Shown here one piece after another: positions 9,823-20,561 of a DNA stretch of 64,000 bases. How positions within the stretch are numbered: position 1 is the first letter of the stretch; the number at the start of each line of letters is the position of its first letter. Source of the DNA: an uncultured Chlamydiae bacterium (GTDB lineage Bacteria > Chlamydiota > Chlamydiia > Chlamydiales > SM23-39); the NCBI GenBank assembly GCA_963730605.1, contig CAVSSM010000002.1:288001-352000 (forward strand), read 5' to 3'. The notes beneath the pieces were generated by a model that was not told the DNA's origin, made no database searches, and was given only the letters and a program-made list of their open reading frames with translations. The position numbers were made by a program, and so were the translations under genes.

Positions 9823-10370
9823 TTATACCCTCTGGATGTATTCGTTGATATGCGTATCGACTTTGATCACATCGCCGCTTTCGATAAAGAGCGGAACATC
9901 GATTTTGCCCCCGTTTCCAGAACGCCTTTTTTCGTCGTTGCCAGCAGCAGCAGCCGCCTTCCGTCTTGACGACCATGATTTCGAGAAATTGAGGCAGTTC
10001 GATGCCGAAGATCGTATCGCCATAGAACATCGCCTTGACTTGGATCCCTTCTTTCAAGATAGTGAACCTTATCCGCTAGAATCGAGGCGGGGACAAGGAC
10101 CTGTTCCAAATTGCCGATATCGAGAAACAGATATTCTTTCCCTTCCGGATAGAGAAATTCCAGAGTCCTCTCGAAGAGAGACACTTCTTGGACCATCTGG
10201 TCGAGCTTGAAGTTCTTCTCGATCATCTCTTCGGTGACCAGATTGCGGAGTTTCGTTTTGACGAAGGGGGTTCCCTTAGCCACGGTGACTTTCACGCTCG
10301 ATTCGACGCGGAAAATCTTTCCGTCGATATTGAGGGTCATGCCTGGAGTGATCTGATTCGCTGTCGTCAT
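9823..10370 (-). CDS. efp: Elongation factor P paralogue with a non-canonical loop (frameshifted)
   Basis: MTTANQITPGMTLNIDGKIFRV...VAKGTPFVKTKLRNL...IELPQFLE...VPLFIESGDVIKVDT...YIQRV. Confidence 0.88.
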
Positions 10371-11015
10371 TGTATGAGTCCTTTCAATTCCGAAAGGGTC
10401 GAGATCGCATGGTCGATCCAATCGGCTCTGTTTTCCATCTTGCCGCGGCCCCATCGCATGTGGATAGTTTTAAACCCGAGCTCATGGGCAGGCTCAAGAT
10501 CCATCGCGATCCGATCCCCGCAAACCCAGATCTTTTCCGGTTTGATAGAAAATTCTTTAGGCAAACCCTCGTAAAGAGGCCTTTTATTTGAATCTTCCGG
10601 GATGGCTATCTTACTAAAAATTGTGGGTTCAAGACCAGCTTTTTCCATCTTCTCCCGCTGAAAGGGGGGGTATCCGCCCGTCACGATGACAAGGGGGTAT
10701 TTGGAGAAGAAATAGCCTAAAATATCTTTTGCGCCCGGAGTCGTAGGGATCGCAAAATCCTCAGGGAGAGGCGCCGTCAGCTCCGCCAAAGCGCGAGTCG
10801 GCAGGCAGCCGAGCCTCTCTGCGAAGAGGGCGACAGCCTCTTTCGATCGGGAAGAAACGTTCATTGAGGGCCATGAGATCGGAGTAGGCTTGTTCAAAGT
10901 CGTTGACTCTTGCCCCGTCTTCGATCAGCCGCTTGAGACACTCTCTCATTTTGAATGGGGTGACGGCGCCCGAGGTATCGATGAAAGTATCGTCGAGATC
11001 AAAGATGATCAACAA
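10367..11015 (-). CDS. HAD-superfamily hydrolase (one frameshift)
   Basis: IFDLDDTFID motif I; VCGDRIAMDLEPAHELGFKTI motif IV. Split over ORFs 10761..11015 and 10367..10897. Confidence 0.85.
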
Positions 11016-11978
11016 TTTTCATCAACTCCTGCGCAAGTTTTTTCGAATCGTGGCGGATCAGGCTCCTTTTCATGAGATCCTTTTTCGGCTCTTCATACAG
11101 CCCTCCCAACAATTCGGCGCAAATCATCCGCCCATCCTTGAGATCGTTTTCCACTAAATCCCCTTCCGCTGCGTAGACTTCGATGAGGTCATTGGGAGGT
11201 TTTTGGATATTGATCAAAATATGGTCGAAGATATCTTTCCCGATAAAGCGGATGAGTTCGTTCAAATAATGGCTCGTCTTGAAATCCGGTCGTTTGCCCT
11301 TTCCGGTTCATCAAATTGACGACGAACACTTTTTTCGCTCCGCTCTTGCAGATCGCCTCGCACACCCCTTCGACAAGAAGATTGGGGATCAGGGAAGTGT
11401 GCAGTCCTCCCGGGCCGATCACGATGAGGTCGGCGTTGCCGATCTCCTCGATGACGCGCGGATTGACTTTGGGAAACGGCTCGAGATAAATCGTCTTGAT
11501 AGCCCTGATCGATTTCTTGGGAGAGATAGATCTCTTTTTCCCCTTCCAGGATATTCGAATTATTCAGAACCATCTTCAGGCGCACTTGGTGCGTCGTGAC
11601 GGGGATCACTTTCCCCTTGATATAAAGGATCTTACCCGCTTCTTCGACCGCTTTCTCAAAACTTCCCGTCACTTTTTCTAAAGCGGAAAGGAGGAGATTG
11701 CCGAACCAATGGCCGCCGAGGCCGCCATTTTCAAAGCGGTAATTCATCAGGGAGCGCATGAGGCGGCTCGAATTGGAAAGAGCGACGAGGCATTGCCGAA
11801 CATCGCCTGGCGGCAAGACCCCGAGCTCATCGCGCAAAATCCCCGTGCTGCCGCCGTCATCTGCCATCGAGACGATCGCCGTCAGATCGAGCGGATATTT
11901 TTTCAGCCCGCTTAAGACCACGAAATTTCCAGTCCCTCCGCCGATGACGACAACTTTTTTCAAAGCGGAGCGGATCAT
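10999..11978 (-). CDS. YvcK/GlmR (CofD-like) family protein (frameshifted)
   Basis: VVVIGGGTG, TAIVSMADDGGSTGILRDELGVLPPGDVRQCL, IGPGGLHTSLIPNLLV, IRHDSKKLA. Confidence 0.88.
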
Positions 11979-12692
11979 TTCGAAGCACTCCTTAGTTTCT
12001 TGATCGCCTCGGCAAGAGCGGGCTCATGAAATAAATAATTGCCGCTGACCAGGATATTGGCGCCGGCCTGGACGCATGGCTTTCGCCGTTTCGACATTGA
12101 TGCCGCCATCGACTTCAATGTCGAACGGCGCCAGCGAATAAGGCTTTAGCCCCTCTTTGGCAACGATGCCTCCTTCCCGAATCGCATTCCGGTCGCAATA
12201 TTCTCGGGTAAGACGGATCTTTTCGATCACTTCCGGCATGAAATGTTGACCCCCGAACCCCGGGCTTACCGTCATGAGGAGAACCATATCGCACTGATAC
12301 AGATATTTCGGGATCATCGAAAAGGAAGTTTCTGGCCGGAAAGCAAGCCCCGCCTTTTTGCCGCATTTGCGGATGAAAGAGAGCGTATCTTCGACATCCT
12401 CCGTCGCCTCAAAATGGAATGTGAGCCGATCGGCCCCTTCCTGGATGAACATTTCGACGTAATCGAAAGGGTTGTAGATCATCAGGTGGAGGTCAAGAAA
12501 GAGCGATGTTGAACGGTTGATAGCGCCGACGGCCCGTGGTCCTAAGGTGAGATTCGGGACGAAGTGGCCATCCATGATATCGATATGGATGGCATCGGCC
12601 CCCGCCTGCTCCATCCGCTTGGCCTCTTCGGCGAGACGACCGAAATCCCCAGACAGAATGGACGGATTGACCTTGACCTTAAAATTTTCCAT
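11975..12692 (-). CDS. rpe: Ribulose-phosphate 3-epimerase (frameshift near the C-terminus)
   Basis: PSILSGDF, HIDIMDGHFVPNLT, MTVSPGFGGQ, IEVDGGIN. The tail AGANILVSG continues in another frame to TGA 11975, overlapping the yvcK start. Confidence 0.93.
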
Positions 12693-13520
12693 TGGACATA
12701 TCCTATCCAGAAACCCATCTTAAGGGCAAGATTCAATGTGAGTGCCGTACTCGCTTTCTCACCCCAATGATGATGCATCGTTAGGGACCCCGGGTACTCG
12801 CACAATACTTCTGTTCAAAGTGGCTCGGTTGTCCTGTCCATTGCGCATAAATAAAAAATTTAATTTTACAATATTTAACCTGCAATAAATTCAGATCTCG
12901 ATTAAGATTGCTTTTCTAAAACCACACAAAAAGTGATCAATGGATATCGGAATAGTGCCGAATGGCGTTGTTGCATAAATCCCAATGAACTTAAATCTTT
13001 AAAGGTGAATGAATACCACCGAGGACAGGGAGGCGTGAAACGCGCACTTTTATTCCTTTCTCGGTGCTCTCAGTGTGCTCGGTGGTTGTTTGACCGGCTT
13101 ATATTCAAGTACTTGAGGCAACATCGAATTATGCAACAAGGCCATTCGACGTCCGAGAGGGTTTCTGTGACGGATTCAGTCCTTTGGATGTAGGGGCGAT
13201 TCTGATGGGGCATTCGGTTGACTCGATCAAGCGAGCAATCGGGACTGCGATTCAAACGGATGAAATCAACAATGTCTTATCATCCATCGTTGTTGTGCCA
13301 AAAAAAATAGCAACCGCATCCCAAGACAGTTGTAGCGCCAACTGATTAAGGCAGCTGCCTGAGAGACTGAGATTCCATGGTTCTCTGTTGGTTCGGACCA
13401 AGGGGTCTGCCTCATCTTGAGCATCTTGCGAGCATCGGTCAACTGCATGTGCAACGGTATGCATTGTCAAAGAATTCTTGTCACCGTTTACAGCCCAGGT
13501 TAGTACTCCTCGCCCTTGCA

Positions 13521-13802
13521 TCAAGAGGCGTGGAGGCCCATTCGCTCCTCGAGGGAGAAGAGGATCGCGTCGGCGATCAGTTCGGCGGACTCCTCGTCGG
13601 TTGGATCGATCGCCTGCCCCCCTGCGGCATCCCAAATCAGCTGATCGATCTTCAGCCGGATATCCTCGGGAAGATTGAGGAGCCCTTCGACCCCCTCTCC
13701 GATCCTTCCGTAATAAAAGGCCTCTGCAATCTCAGCTTGGAGAGAGAGCGCCTTTGCATATTCCTCAATCCCGTAAGCGGCTCCTTCTGGGCTCATGCGC
13801 AC
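13521..13802 (-). CDS. Hypothetical acidic helical protein
   Basis: 93-aa ORF whose start overlaps the end of the upstream ORF; no motif recognised. Confidence 0.5.
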   Translation of the reverse strand: MRMSPEGAAYGIEEYAKALSLQAEIAEAFYYGRIGEGVEGLLNLPEDIRLKIDQLIWDAAGGQAIDPTDEESAELIADAILFSLEERMGLHAS

Positions 13803-14332
13803 CCCCGAACGGCTGCCTGCTTGACCTGATGAATTTGATATTCGCTCAGTTCACCGAGCATAGGGTCTAAAGAATTTCGATTCAGCACCGCCTCCCCGAT
13901 CCCTTTAAGTCGAGCGACGAAGGCATTGAGATCATGCACTAGAGGTTTTGCCTGGGCGAACTGCAAGTGTTCGAGCTGCTTCGTGACCGCTTTTTGAACC
14001 TTGGGATCGCTGGTCAAGGAAGCTTCGAATTGAATTTTGTCTAACTTTTGGTCGACCTCTTGCGGCTCCAGATAGGGAATGAGCGGGGTCAAAAGCCCAA
14101 TTTTCAGAACCGGATCCGCTGTTTGGTCGAGCTGTGTGATTTGCCGATCGATGAGAGGTTGCTTCTTATCCTCGCATCTCTCGAGGATACTAACCGCAAA
14201 CTGTCGGGTTTTATCCGTTGTCTGGACCATGACTTGCTGCTCGATCTCTTCGATGTCTTGCAGCGAGAGGTTTTGTCCCCCAAGACGGACTTCATATTTG
14301 GACAATTCAGAAGGATAGGGTTCTATGCCCAT
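13793..14332 (-). CDS. Hypothetical helical protein
   Basis: 179-aa ORF with an AAGGAG RBS and an AT-rich upstream region; no motif recognised. Confidence 0.6.
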   Translation of the reverse strand: MGIEPYPSELSKYEVRLGGQNLSLQDIEEIEQQVMVQTTDKTRQFAVSILERCEDKKQPLIDRQITQLDQTADPVLKIGLLTPLIPYLEPQEVDQKLDKIQFEASLTSDPKVQKAVTKQLEHLQFAQAKPLVHDLNAFVARLKGIGEAVLNRNSLDPMLGELSEYQIHQVKQAAVRGCA

Positions 14333-14569
14333 AATGACACTCCTTACTTTTTACGTTATTAAATTATGAGAGAGGTTATTATTAATATATCTCTCCTTTT
14401 TCTATACTACACGAAACAATATTAATTATCAATTGCAAAAAATTATTTTAATCAAATAATCATATAAATAGCAGATAATATGTATTATTGGTATAATTAA
14501 TCCCAAAAAGATACTAAAAAAGCGATGTTTATTTAAAACTTATATGCAAATTTTTATTCGAGATGCTTA

Positions 14570-15649
14570 ATGACTGCTGTAATTCAGCCCTCTAATCCCT
14601 ATAACCCCAAATATGCACACGACCGGCGGATGCGGATCGATGGGACCAACACGACCGCAAGAAGCATCGATAGCGGCGTTGAGAATGGAACACGCATTGA
14701 GGAAACGCCGGAAATAGTGGACGCCAATTTTTTAGTGAGCGTCTTTCCAGAGCTTGAAACCATCGGAGGCCTCTTCATGCTTGGGTCGGCGCTTTATAGC
14801 ACCATTCCTAAGGCTCATAGAGAATACAATCTGTCCTGCGCAGAGAAGACGCGGGCCATTGCTAAAAAAAGGCTGGACCCAACCCCGGAGAGCGAAATCA
14901 GAATCAAGCTTGCAGAAGAGCGGCTCGATCTTTCCAAATTCGGATTAGCCATTCAATATCTCAATGGCGCGGGAGGGGCTGGGTTGACCTCGGCAGGGAC
15001 AGTCGCTTTCTTGAGCCCTCATTCCGCCGAATCATTGGGATTCCATGCCCTGGTCAGCCAACCGGCCGCTTTATACGCGGGTGCGGCGCTAGGAGGCGTC
15101 TACGTTTTGAAGGGGTCTCTCATCATAGGAAGGTCGGTCTATCATCTCCGATATCTGGATCGATTCGAAAAGGATTTCGAAAGCAGTTTGCAAGGCAGCG
15201 AGAAGACAAGACAAGGGTTAGAGCAGGCAGTAGACCGAACCATGAAGCTGATCGAGCGGATCGGCATCGGAAGCTCTGCCTTGGCAAGGCGCGCTAGCAC
15301 CAACTTGCCAGTGCCAGATAGCTCTTTAAAAGGGAGGGTCAAATTCCTTGCAGCGGTCGACAAGGGCATCCATGCGAAAAAACTCCATCATAAAATCAAT
15401 ATCTGCTACGGCAGCTTGATGATTTTAGGGGGGCTCGCAAGCATTGCAGCCGCTATTTTTACTTTTGGAGCGGCGCCCTTTGCCATCCTGATCGCCGCCG
15501 CTATATTCTTTGCGTTGATGGAACTTTCCCATGCAATTTGCGAGGTAAAGCCGATCTTCAATCGATTGCAATCGGCCCTCTATACGCCCTCCCAAGCCAT
15601 CCAAAACCTCGGCTGGCTCTTAAAAAAGCCCAATCTCTTATCTCAATGA
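14570..15649 (+). CDS. Inc-like / candidate secreted membrane protein, paralogue 1
   Basis: Long bilobed hydrophobic segment (MILGGLASIAAAIFTFGAAPFAILIAAAIFFALM); clearly homologous to 18089..19360. Confidence 0.65.
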   Translation: MTAVIQPSNPYNPKYAHDRRMRIDGTNTTARSIDSGVENGTRIEETPEIVDANFLVSVFPELETIGGLFMLGSALYSTIPKAHREYNLSCAEKTRAIAKKRLDPTPESEIRIKLAEERLDLSKFGLAIQYLNGAGGAGLTSAGTVAFLSPHSAESLGFHALVSQPAALYAGAALGGVYVLKGSLIIGRSVYHLRYLDRFEKDFESSLQGSEKTRQGLEQAVDRTMKLIERIGIGSSALARRASTNLPVPDSSLKGRVKFLAAVDKGIHAKKLHHKINICYGSLMILGGLASIAAAIFTFGAAPFAILIAAAIFFALMELSHAICEVKPIFNRLQSALYTPSQAIQNLGWLLKKPNLLSQ

Positions 15650-15708
15650 AAAGTTTGAGGGAACAAAAATAGGGCGAGAAAAATTTTGTTAGACGGCATG
15701 ATAGCCGC

Positions 15709-15762
15709 ATGCTTTTTCTGACTGAACACAAACGAATACAACTCAGAGACCAACACAAGCGA
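15709..15762 (+). pseudogene. Possible remnant of an IS630-type transposase 5' end
   Basis: MLFLTEHKRIQLRDQHKR resembles MNFLTDSERQELKLRHR of the local IS630, then the similarity stops. Confidence 0.35.
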
Positions 15763-15802
15763 TTGGTGACCCATTTGGAATCGCATTTCTATCTCTACGT
15801 TA

Positions 15803-15971
15803 AATTCGACTTTGTACAATTTTGTGACGGCATCTCCGAGAGAATCGCTGGCCCTTTTTTCCTTTTTTTGCTCATAAATAGTGCCTTCGGCTATGAATTT
15901 CGCAAAAAAAGAAAAAAATTGCAGAGCGCTTCCTCTGGATCTGCTCGCCAAAAATTGTACAAAGTCGAGTT
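15803..15971. mobile_element. MITE-like fold-back element (about 169 bp)
   Basis: Perfect 18-bp inverted repeat tcgactttgtacaatttt (15806-15823 / 15951-15968) with further imperfect internal complementarity. Confidence 0.65.
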
Positions 15972-16105
15972 AAAGACATCGTTGCCTATGTGGATACATG
16001 CCACATCATCGGACATAAAAACTTTTTTAATTGGATTAATATAAATTGAAAGTTAATCATTTTATATGTATGATAAATTCGTTTTTACTTAAAATGGTGT
16101 TTTGA

Positions 16106-17932
16106 ATGACTACTTCGATTCCTGTGAATTCTTATCCCGTTAGCCAGGCTTATAGGGAGCCTTTCACTACCGGCGAAGCCATTATCCAGGAGCTGAGCTT
16201 ATTTCCTAAAAGTAAGGCTCTTATAGATGAAGCTGAAAAAGAACTTCAAGAAAGCGGCTGTCCCAATTTAGAGATACGCTTAGAAAAAACAATATCCGGA
16301 TTTGAGGCTGAAAAACAGGGGAATATAATTAGGATCAGCCCTGATTTGTCAGCTCGTCGGCAACTAAGCCACGCAGTATTTGAGCTCCATAATATAACTT
16401 CCGATAGGAAGCATACAGCGCTAGAGAACGCCGCAAAAAACGGGAGATATAAATCTGCTGAGGAGTATGCAAAAGCTGCAGAGCACCTTGAATTTGAGGG
16501 CAAGATTTCTCGTATTAATCAAATAGTAAGGGAAATTAATCTGCTAAAAGCATGCGAATCTAACACACCCTATATTGAACGTATACCGCTCGTGATTCAA
16601 AATTTTGATGCGTGAAAATTTCCCTTGACTGCACAATGGCTGCGTGAATTTTTTAACCGACTCAGAACGACAGGAACTCAAACTCCGGCACCGGGGGGAC
16701 CGCGATGGGCGGGTGCGTGATCGAATAAAGGCTGTTCTCCTCTATGATGAGGGGTGGGCTCCCAAAGACATTGCCAGGGTTCTGTTGATTTCTGACGAAG
16801 CAGTTCGTCACCATGTTGACGCATACAAAACGTCGAAAAAATTGCGCCCCGAAAGCGGCGGCTCCGAGGAGAAACTATCCCAAACGCAGTCCGAGCAACT
16901 TGAGGCTCATCTTCAAGAACACACGTACCTTTACGTCAAGGATATCGTCGCATATGTAGAAGTGACTTTCGGTATTGTCTATACCGTCCACGGATTGAGG
17001 GATTGGCTGCGAAGACACGGATTTTCCTACAAAAAACCCGCCGTTGTACCCGGGAAAGCCAACAAAGAGCAGCAACAAAAGTGGCTCGCCGGATACGAGA
17101 AACTCAAGGCAGAACTCCTCGAGGATGAGACTATCTGCTTTATTGACGGCGTTCATCCAACGCACAATGTGCAGCCTGCTTATGGGTGGATCAAAAAAGG
17201 CGTGCGTAAAGAGATCCCAGCAAACACAGGACGTGCCAGGCTCAATCTTTCAGGGAGCATCGATGTCATCACCCACAGTGTGGTAATCCAAGAAGACGAG
17301 ACTTTAAACGCAGAATCGATAATCCGGTTTTTCCAAAAGATCGAAGAATTTTACCCGAGTAAACGAAAGATCCATGTATTTTGCGATAATGCACCGTACT
17401 ATCGGAATAGGGCTGTGAGGCAGTACCTAGAAACGGCAAAAGTTTGTTTGCACTTTTTACCGCCCTATAGCCCCAATCTAAACCCGATAGAACGACTGTG
17501 GAAATGGATGAAGGAGCGGGTAGTTTACAATACTTATTACGAGTACTTTGAAGACTTTAGAGGAGCGATTCTTGGTTTTTTCGCTGTATTGGCGACTATG
17601 ACCGCGGAGTCAACTTTAGGCCGGGATTTAAGAAGCCGGGTTAGGGATAAATTTAGTCCCTTTCAGGCACCTGCTGCCAAGTTTTGAATTTCCTTGGGTA
17701 TACTTATGAATACTTCCCTGATAATGCGGAATTCGATCATTTTTACAACCATTACATTCCTGACAATCATAAAGAACACTACCGGAAGGAATGGAGAAAC
17801 CTCAATCCTGGTTGGAGGCATTGCTACCCTTCGAAGATGACTGTTATAGCTGTCACCTGTGCAGCTATTGCTATAGCAGCTCTCGGTTTATGGAAAAATG
17901 ATCTGAGTTCGTTTTCATTCTTATCCCAATAA
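16106..17932 (+). pseudogene. Effector-like protein (FELHN motif, C-terminal TM) interrupted by IS630
   Basis: Removing the IS and one TA restores a continuous frame ...TPYIER-TYEYFPDNAEF...MTVIAVTCAAIAIAALGLW. Confidence 0.8.
16584..17700 (+). mobile_element. IS630-family element, copy 1 (1117 bp; transposase 16644..17687)
   Basis: TA target duplication (16582-83, 17701-02); ends taccgctcgtgattcaaaatt / gttttgaatttccttgggta; motifs FIDG, CDNAPYY, LPPYSPNLNPIERLW. Confidence 0.95.
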
Positions 17933-18021
17933 AATGTTTCATATACCATTATAATATACCATTTGAAAATTAATTCAAATTATATTATATTATAATTATG
18001 GATTAAATAAGAGAGTCCCTT

Positions 18022-19360
18022 ATGAGTATAGAACCAGAAACTCAGTAACGTAGCAAATGCTGATTGGTTACGCACTGCAGCAGAAGAAGTGGTGTATGGC
18101 ACGATCGACGGGTCTGGCACTTTTCGAAATATTTGTGCAGCCGTAGCTATTACGGTCGCAAAAGTAGCAAGCTTTGTCGCGGGTGGAATTATCCCTATAA
18201 CATTCATGTTTGGAGGGACTCTCGTCTTGGGATCGGCCGCCGTCCATACCATTCCGAAAGCCCTTCAAGAATGTAGGGGCGCCGAGAACGATCGTGAAAT
18301 TGCGATGCGGTCACTGGATCCCGAAGAGAGGAAACAGCAGTTGGAACTGGCTGACGAAGGAATCATCGCCGCGGCGCTCGGCTTGACCAACCAATCCCTT
18401 TATGGTGTGATGGGCGCCGGAATGATTCAGGGCGGAGTTATCACGCTGATGAGTCCGGTCGGAGCCCATTTATTTGGATTTGCTCCTGTTGTTACCGGCG
18501 GAACCGCTGCTGCCTCCGGAGGGGCGCTCGGAGGGGTTTATGCAGTGCGCGGCGCAGTAGTGTTAGGAAAATCCGTTTATAACCTCCTTTATTTGAACAA
18601 ATTTCAAAAGGACTTTAAAGAGTCGCTGAAATTGAGAGGCGATGCAAGGCTTGACCAAACGGTAGATACCGCTATCGAGAAGATCAAAAAGATCGGAACC
18701 TTGCCGAACGCCTTGGGACGGCGAGTTGGAAACAACGCTCCGACACTTCCCGATCCAAGCGCAACTCTCGAGGACAAAATCCGTTATTTAGAAGCTGTGG
18801 ACAAGGGAATCCAGGAGAGAAAACTCCAGGAAGTACTGGGCGTGATCATCGGAGTCGCGATGATCCTCGGCGGCATTGCCGCCATTGCGGCGGTCTTCGT
18901 CTGCGCACCTGCCACCATCGCCATCATCGCATTGGTTTCCGCGGTCTTCTTCGTCGCGATGGAAAGCGTCTACGGAACCTATGATTCAAGCTTCCTTTTC
19001 GGCAAATTGAGAGACAAACTCTACACGCCGTCGGATGAAATCGTAGCACTCAAAAACGCCTACGGGCGCAACACACGCCTTCTCTACACGCCGTCGGATG
19101 AAATCGTAGCACTCAAAAACGCCTACGGGCGCAACACACGCCTTCTCTACACGCCGTCGGATGAAATCGTAGCACTCAAAAACGCCTACGGGCGCAACAC
19201 ACGCCTTAAAGGCCTCGATTTGGCAATTCCCAAAAGACTTGAAGTGTCGGCTCTAAATCAACGCGAACGCGCTCAAGGAGCGAGAATCTCCAAGGGCGGC
19301 GCTCACCTGATTTCAACGAGTGTCCAACCCGGACAAAACGGTCTCAAAAAGACTGCTTAG
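18022..19360 (+). CDS. Inc-like / candidate secreted membrane protein, paralogue 2
   Basis: ORF 18089..19360 has several hydrophobic hairpins. A likely true start MSIEPE at 18022 needs one frameshift near 18040. Confidence 0.65.
19019..19207 (+). repeat. Coding tandem repeat, 3 x 63 bp (LYTPSDEIVALKNAYGRNTRL)
   Basis: Three identical units at 19019, 19082 and 19145. Confidence 0.97.
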
Positions 19361-20561
19361 CCAGCGAGATGCAAGCATCGACCGACGCCCCTCGGATGTA
19401 ATTCCCAAGAAGAATTAAAGACGGAAATTTTTCCTTCGCTTCCCTTTCAAATTTAGCCAGCCGTTTCCCATAGCCTACATGGAATTGCGGGATCGCCCCT
19501 TTGGTCAAATGGATGGAGGAAAAAATGGGCCGCGCCGCAACGCCAAGATGCCGCTTCATCACATCGAGCGCCTCTTCCACATCGCAGCCGCGCCGCATCA
19601 TTAAAGTCACCCGCGTCTCCCCTGAAGAACTTTGCTGAGGAAAGACGGCGGAGTCCCAGACCATCCCGAGCAGGTTTTCCTGAAGCCTAGTCGGCACGAG
19701 ATAGCCGAACCCTTTTTTTGTCAGCACCTCCCCTTCAAACGCAAAGTGAACGAGGCTAAGGTCGGTCTCTTGGAAATCGGTCCAAAGCCCGGTCAAGCGG
19801 CCGATGCTAGAGCCGCTCAAGGCGGAGACGATAAGATCGGCGGGATGAAACGTCTCATTGGCAACAACTCCGTCAGAGAGGATCTCAAGGGCTGCCGTTT
19901 CGAGATGGATCTTTGCCTGGGACCTTTGGGCAAGCTCCTCGATGAGCGTCCCCATGCCGCTCTGGAGGGTGAATAAACCGGCAGGACCTCTTTTCTTTCT
20001 GAATCGAGAAAGAAGAGCCCCGAGCACGATCGACCCGCGCTCCTTTTCCCATTGGGTTAAAAAAGGGAAACAAGACTGGATCGAGAGCTTGTGGATGTCG
20101 CCTGCGAAAATGCCAAGGGCGATTGGATCGATCAGCTCGTTTGCAATCCTGGACCCAAGCCGGCGCGCGGCAAAATCATAGATCGACTCATCATCGCCTG
20201 TTCCTTTTGAGATAAACGGCTCGCGAAGAAGCGAAAAGGTCATCATGGGCAAAAATGAGGAAAGTGTCCGGAGTTTGCCGCGGCTATAGAGGAACCGGCG
20301 GCGCGCGGCGGGGTCGGAAAAGATGAGCTTTGCCTCAAGGCCGAGATCATGAATCAATGCGAGAAGATGAGGAGAGCGGTTTGCCATGAAAGTGCGGGGG
20401 CCTTGTTCGAACAAAAAGCCGCCCTCAAAGCTCGTTTGTAACTTGCCGCCCAAGCGGTCCGTTTTTTCCAGGAGGGTAATGGCGGCGGCTGGATATTTTT
20501 TCCGGGCATACCAAGCTGCGCTCAAGCCCGAAATCCCTCCGCCTAGTATCGCAATCCTCAT
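19344..20561 (-). CDS. hemG: Protoporphyrinogen oxidase (HemY-type)
   Basis: ILGGGISGLSAA FAD motif, RLGGK, FEQGPRTF, GFGYLVP, AIPQF; in an operon with hemN and hemE. Confidence 0.92.
   Translation of the reverse strand: MRIAILGGGISGLSAAWYARKKYPAAAITLLEKTDRLGGKLQTSFEGGFLFEQGPRTFMANRSPHLLALIHDLGLEAKLIFSDPAARRRFLYSRGKLRTLSSFLPMMTFSLLREPFISKGTGDDESIYDFAARRLGSRIANELIDPIALGIFAGDIHKLSIQSCFPFLTQWEKERGSIVLGALLSRFRKKRGPAGLFTLQSGMGTLIEELAQRSQAKIHLETAALEILSDGVVANETFHPADLIVSALSGSSIGRLTGLWTDFQETDLSLVHFAFEGEVLTKKGFGYLVPTRLQENLLGMVWDSAVFPQQSSSGETRVTLMMRRGCDVEEALDVMKRHLGVAARPIFSSIHLTKGAIPQFHVGYGKRLAKFEREAKEKFPSLILLGNYIRGASVDACISLAKQSF

Noticed and set aside
13395..13470. Possible orphan hemG tail (a third tail-duplication case)
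   Set aside because: The similarity (AVDRC versus SVDAC) is too short and weak to support.
12850..13500. Short ORFs between rpe and the hypothetical pair
   Set aside because: No motifs or convincing RBS and conflicting frames. This may be decayed DNA, but I cannot support a call.
19019..19207. Possible CRISPR array
   Set aside because: The units are contiguous 63-bp in-frame coding repeats with no unique spacers, and there are no cas genes in the window.
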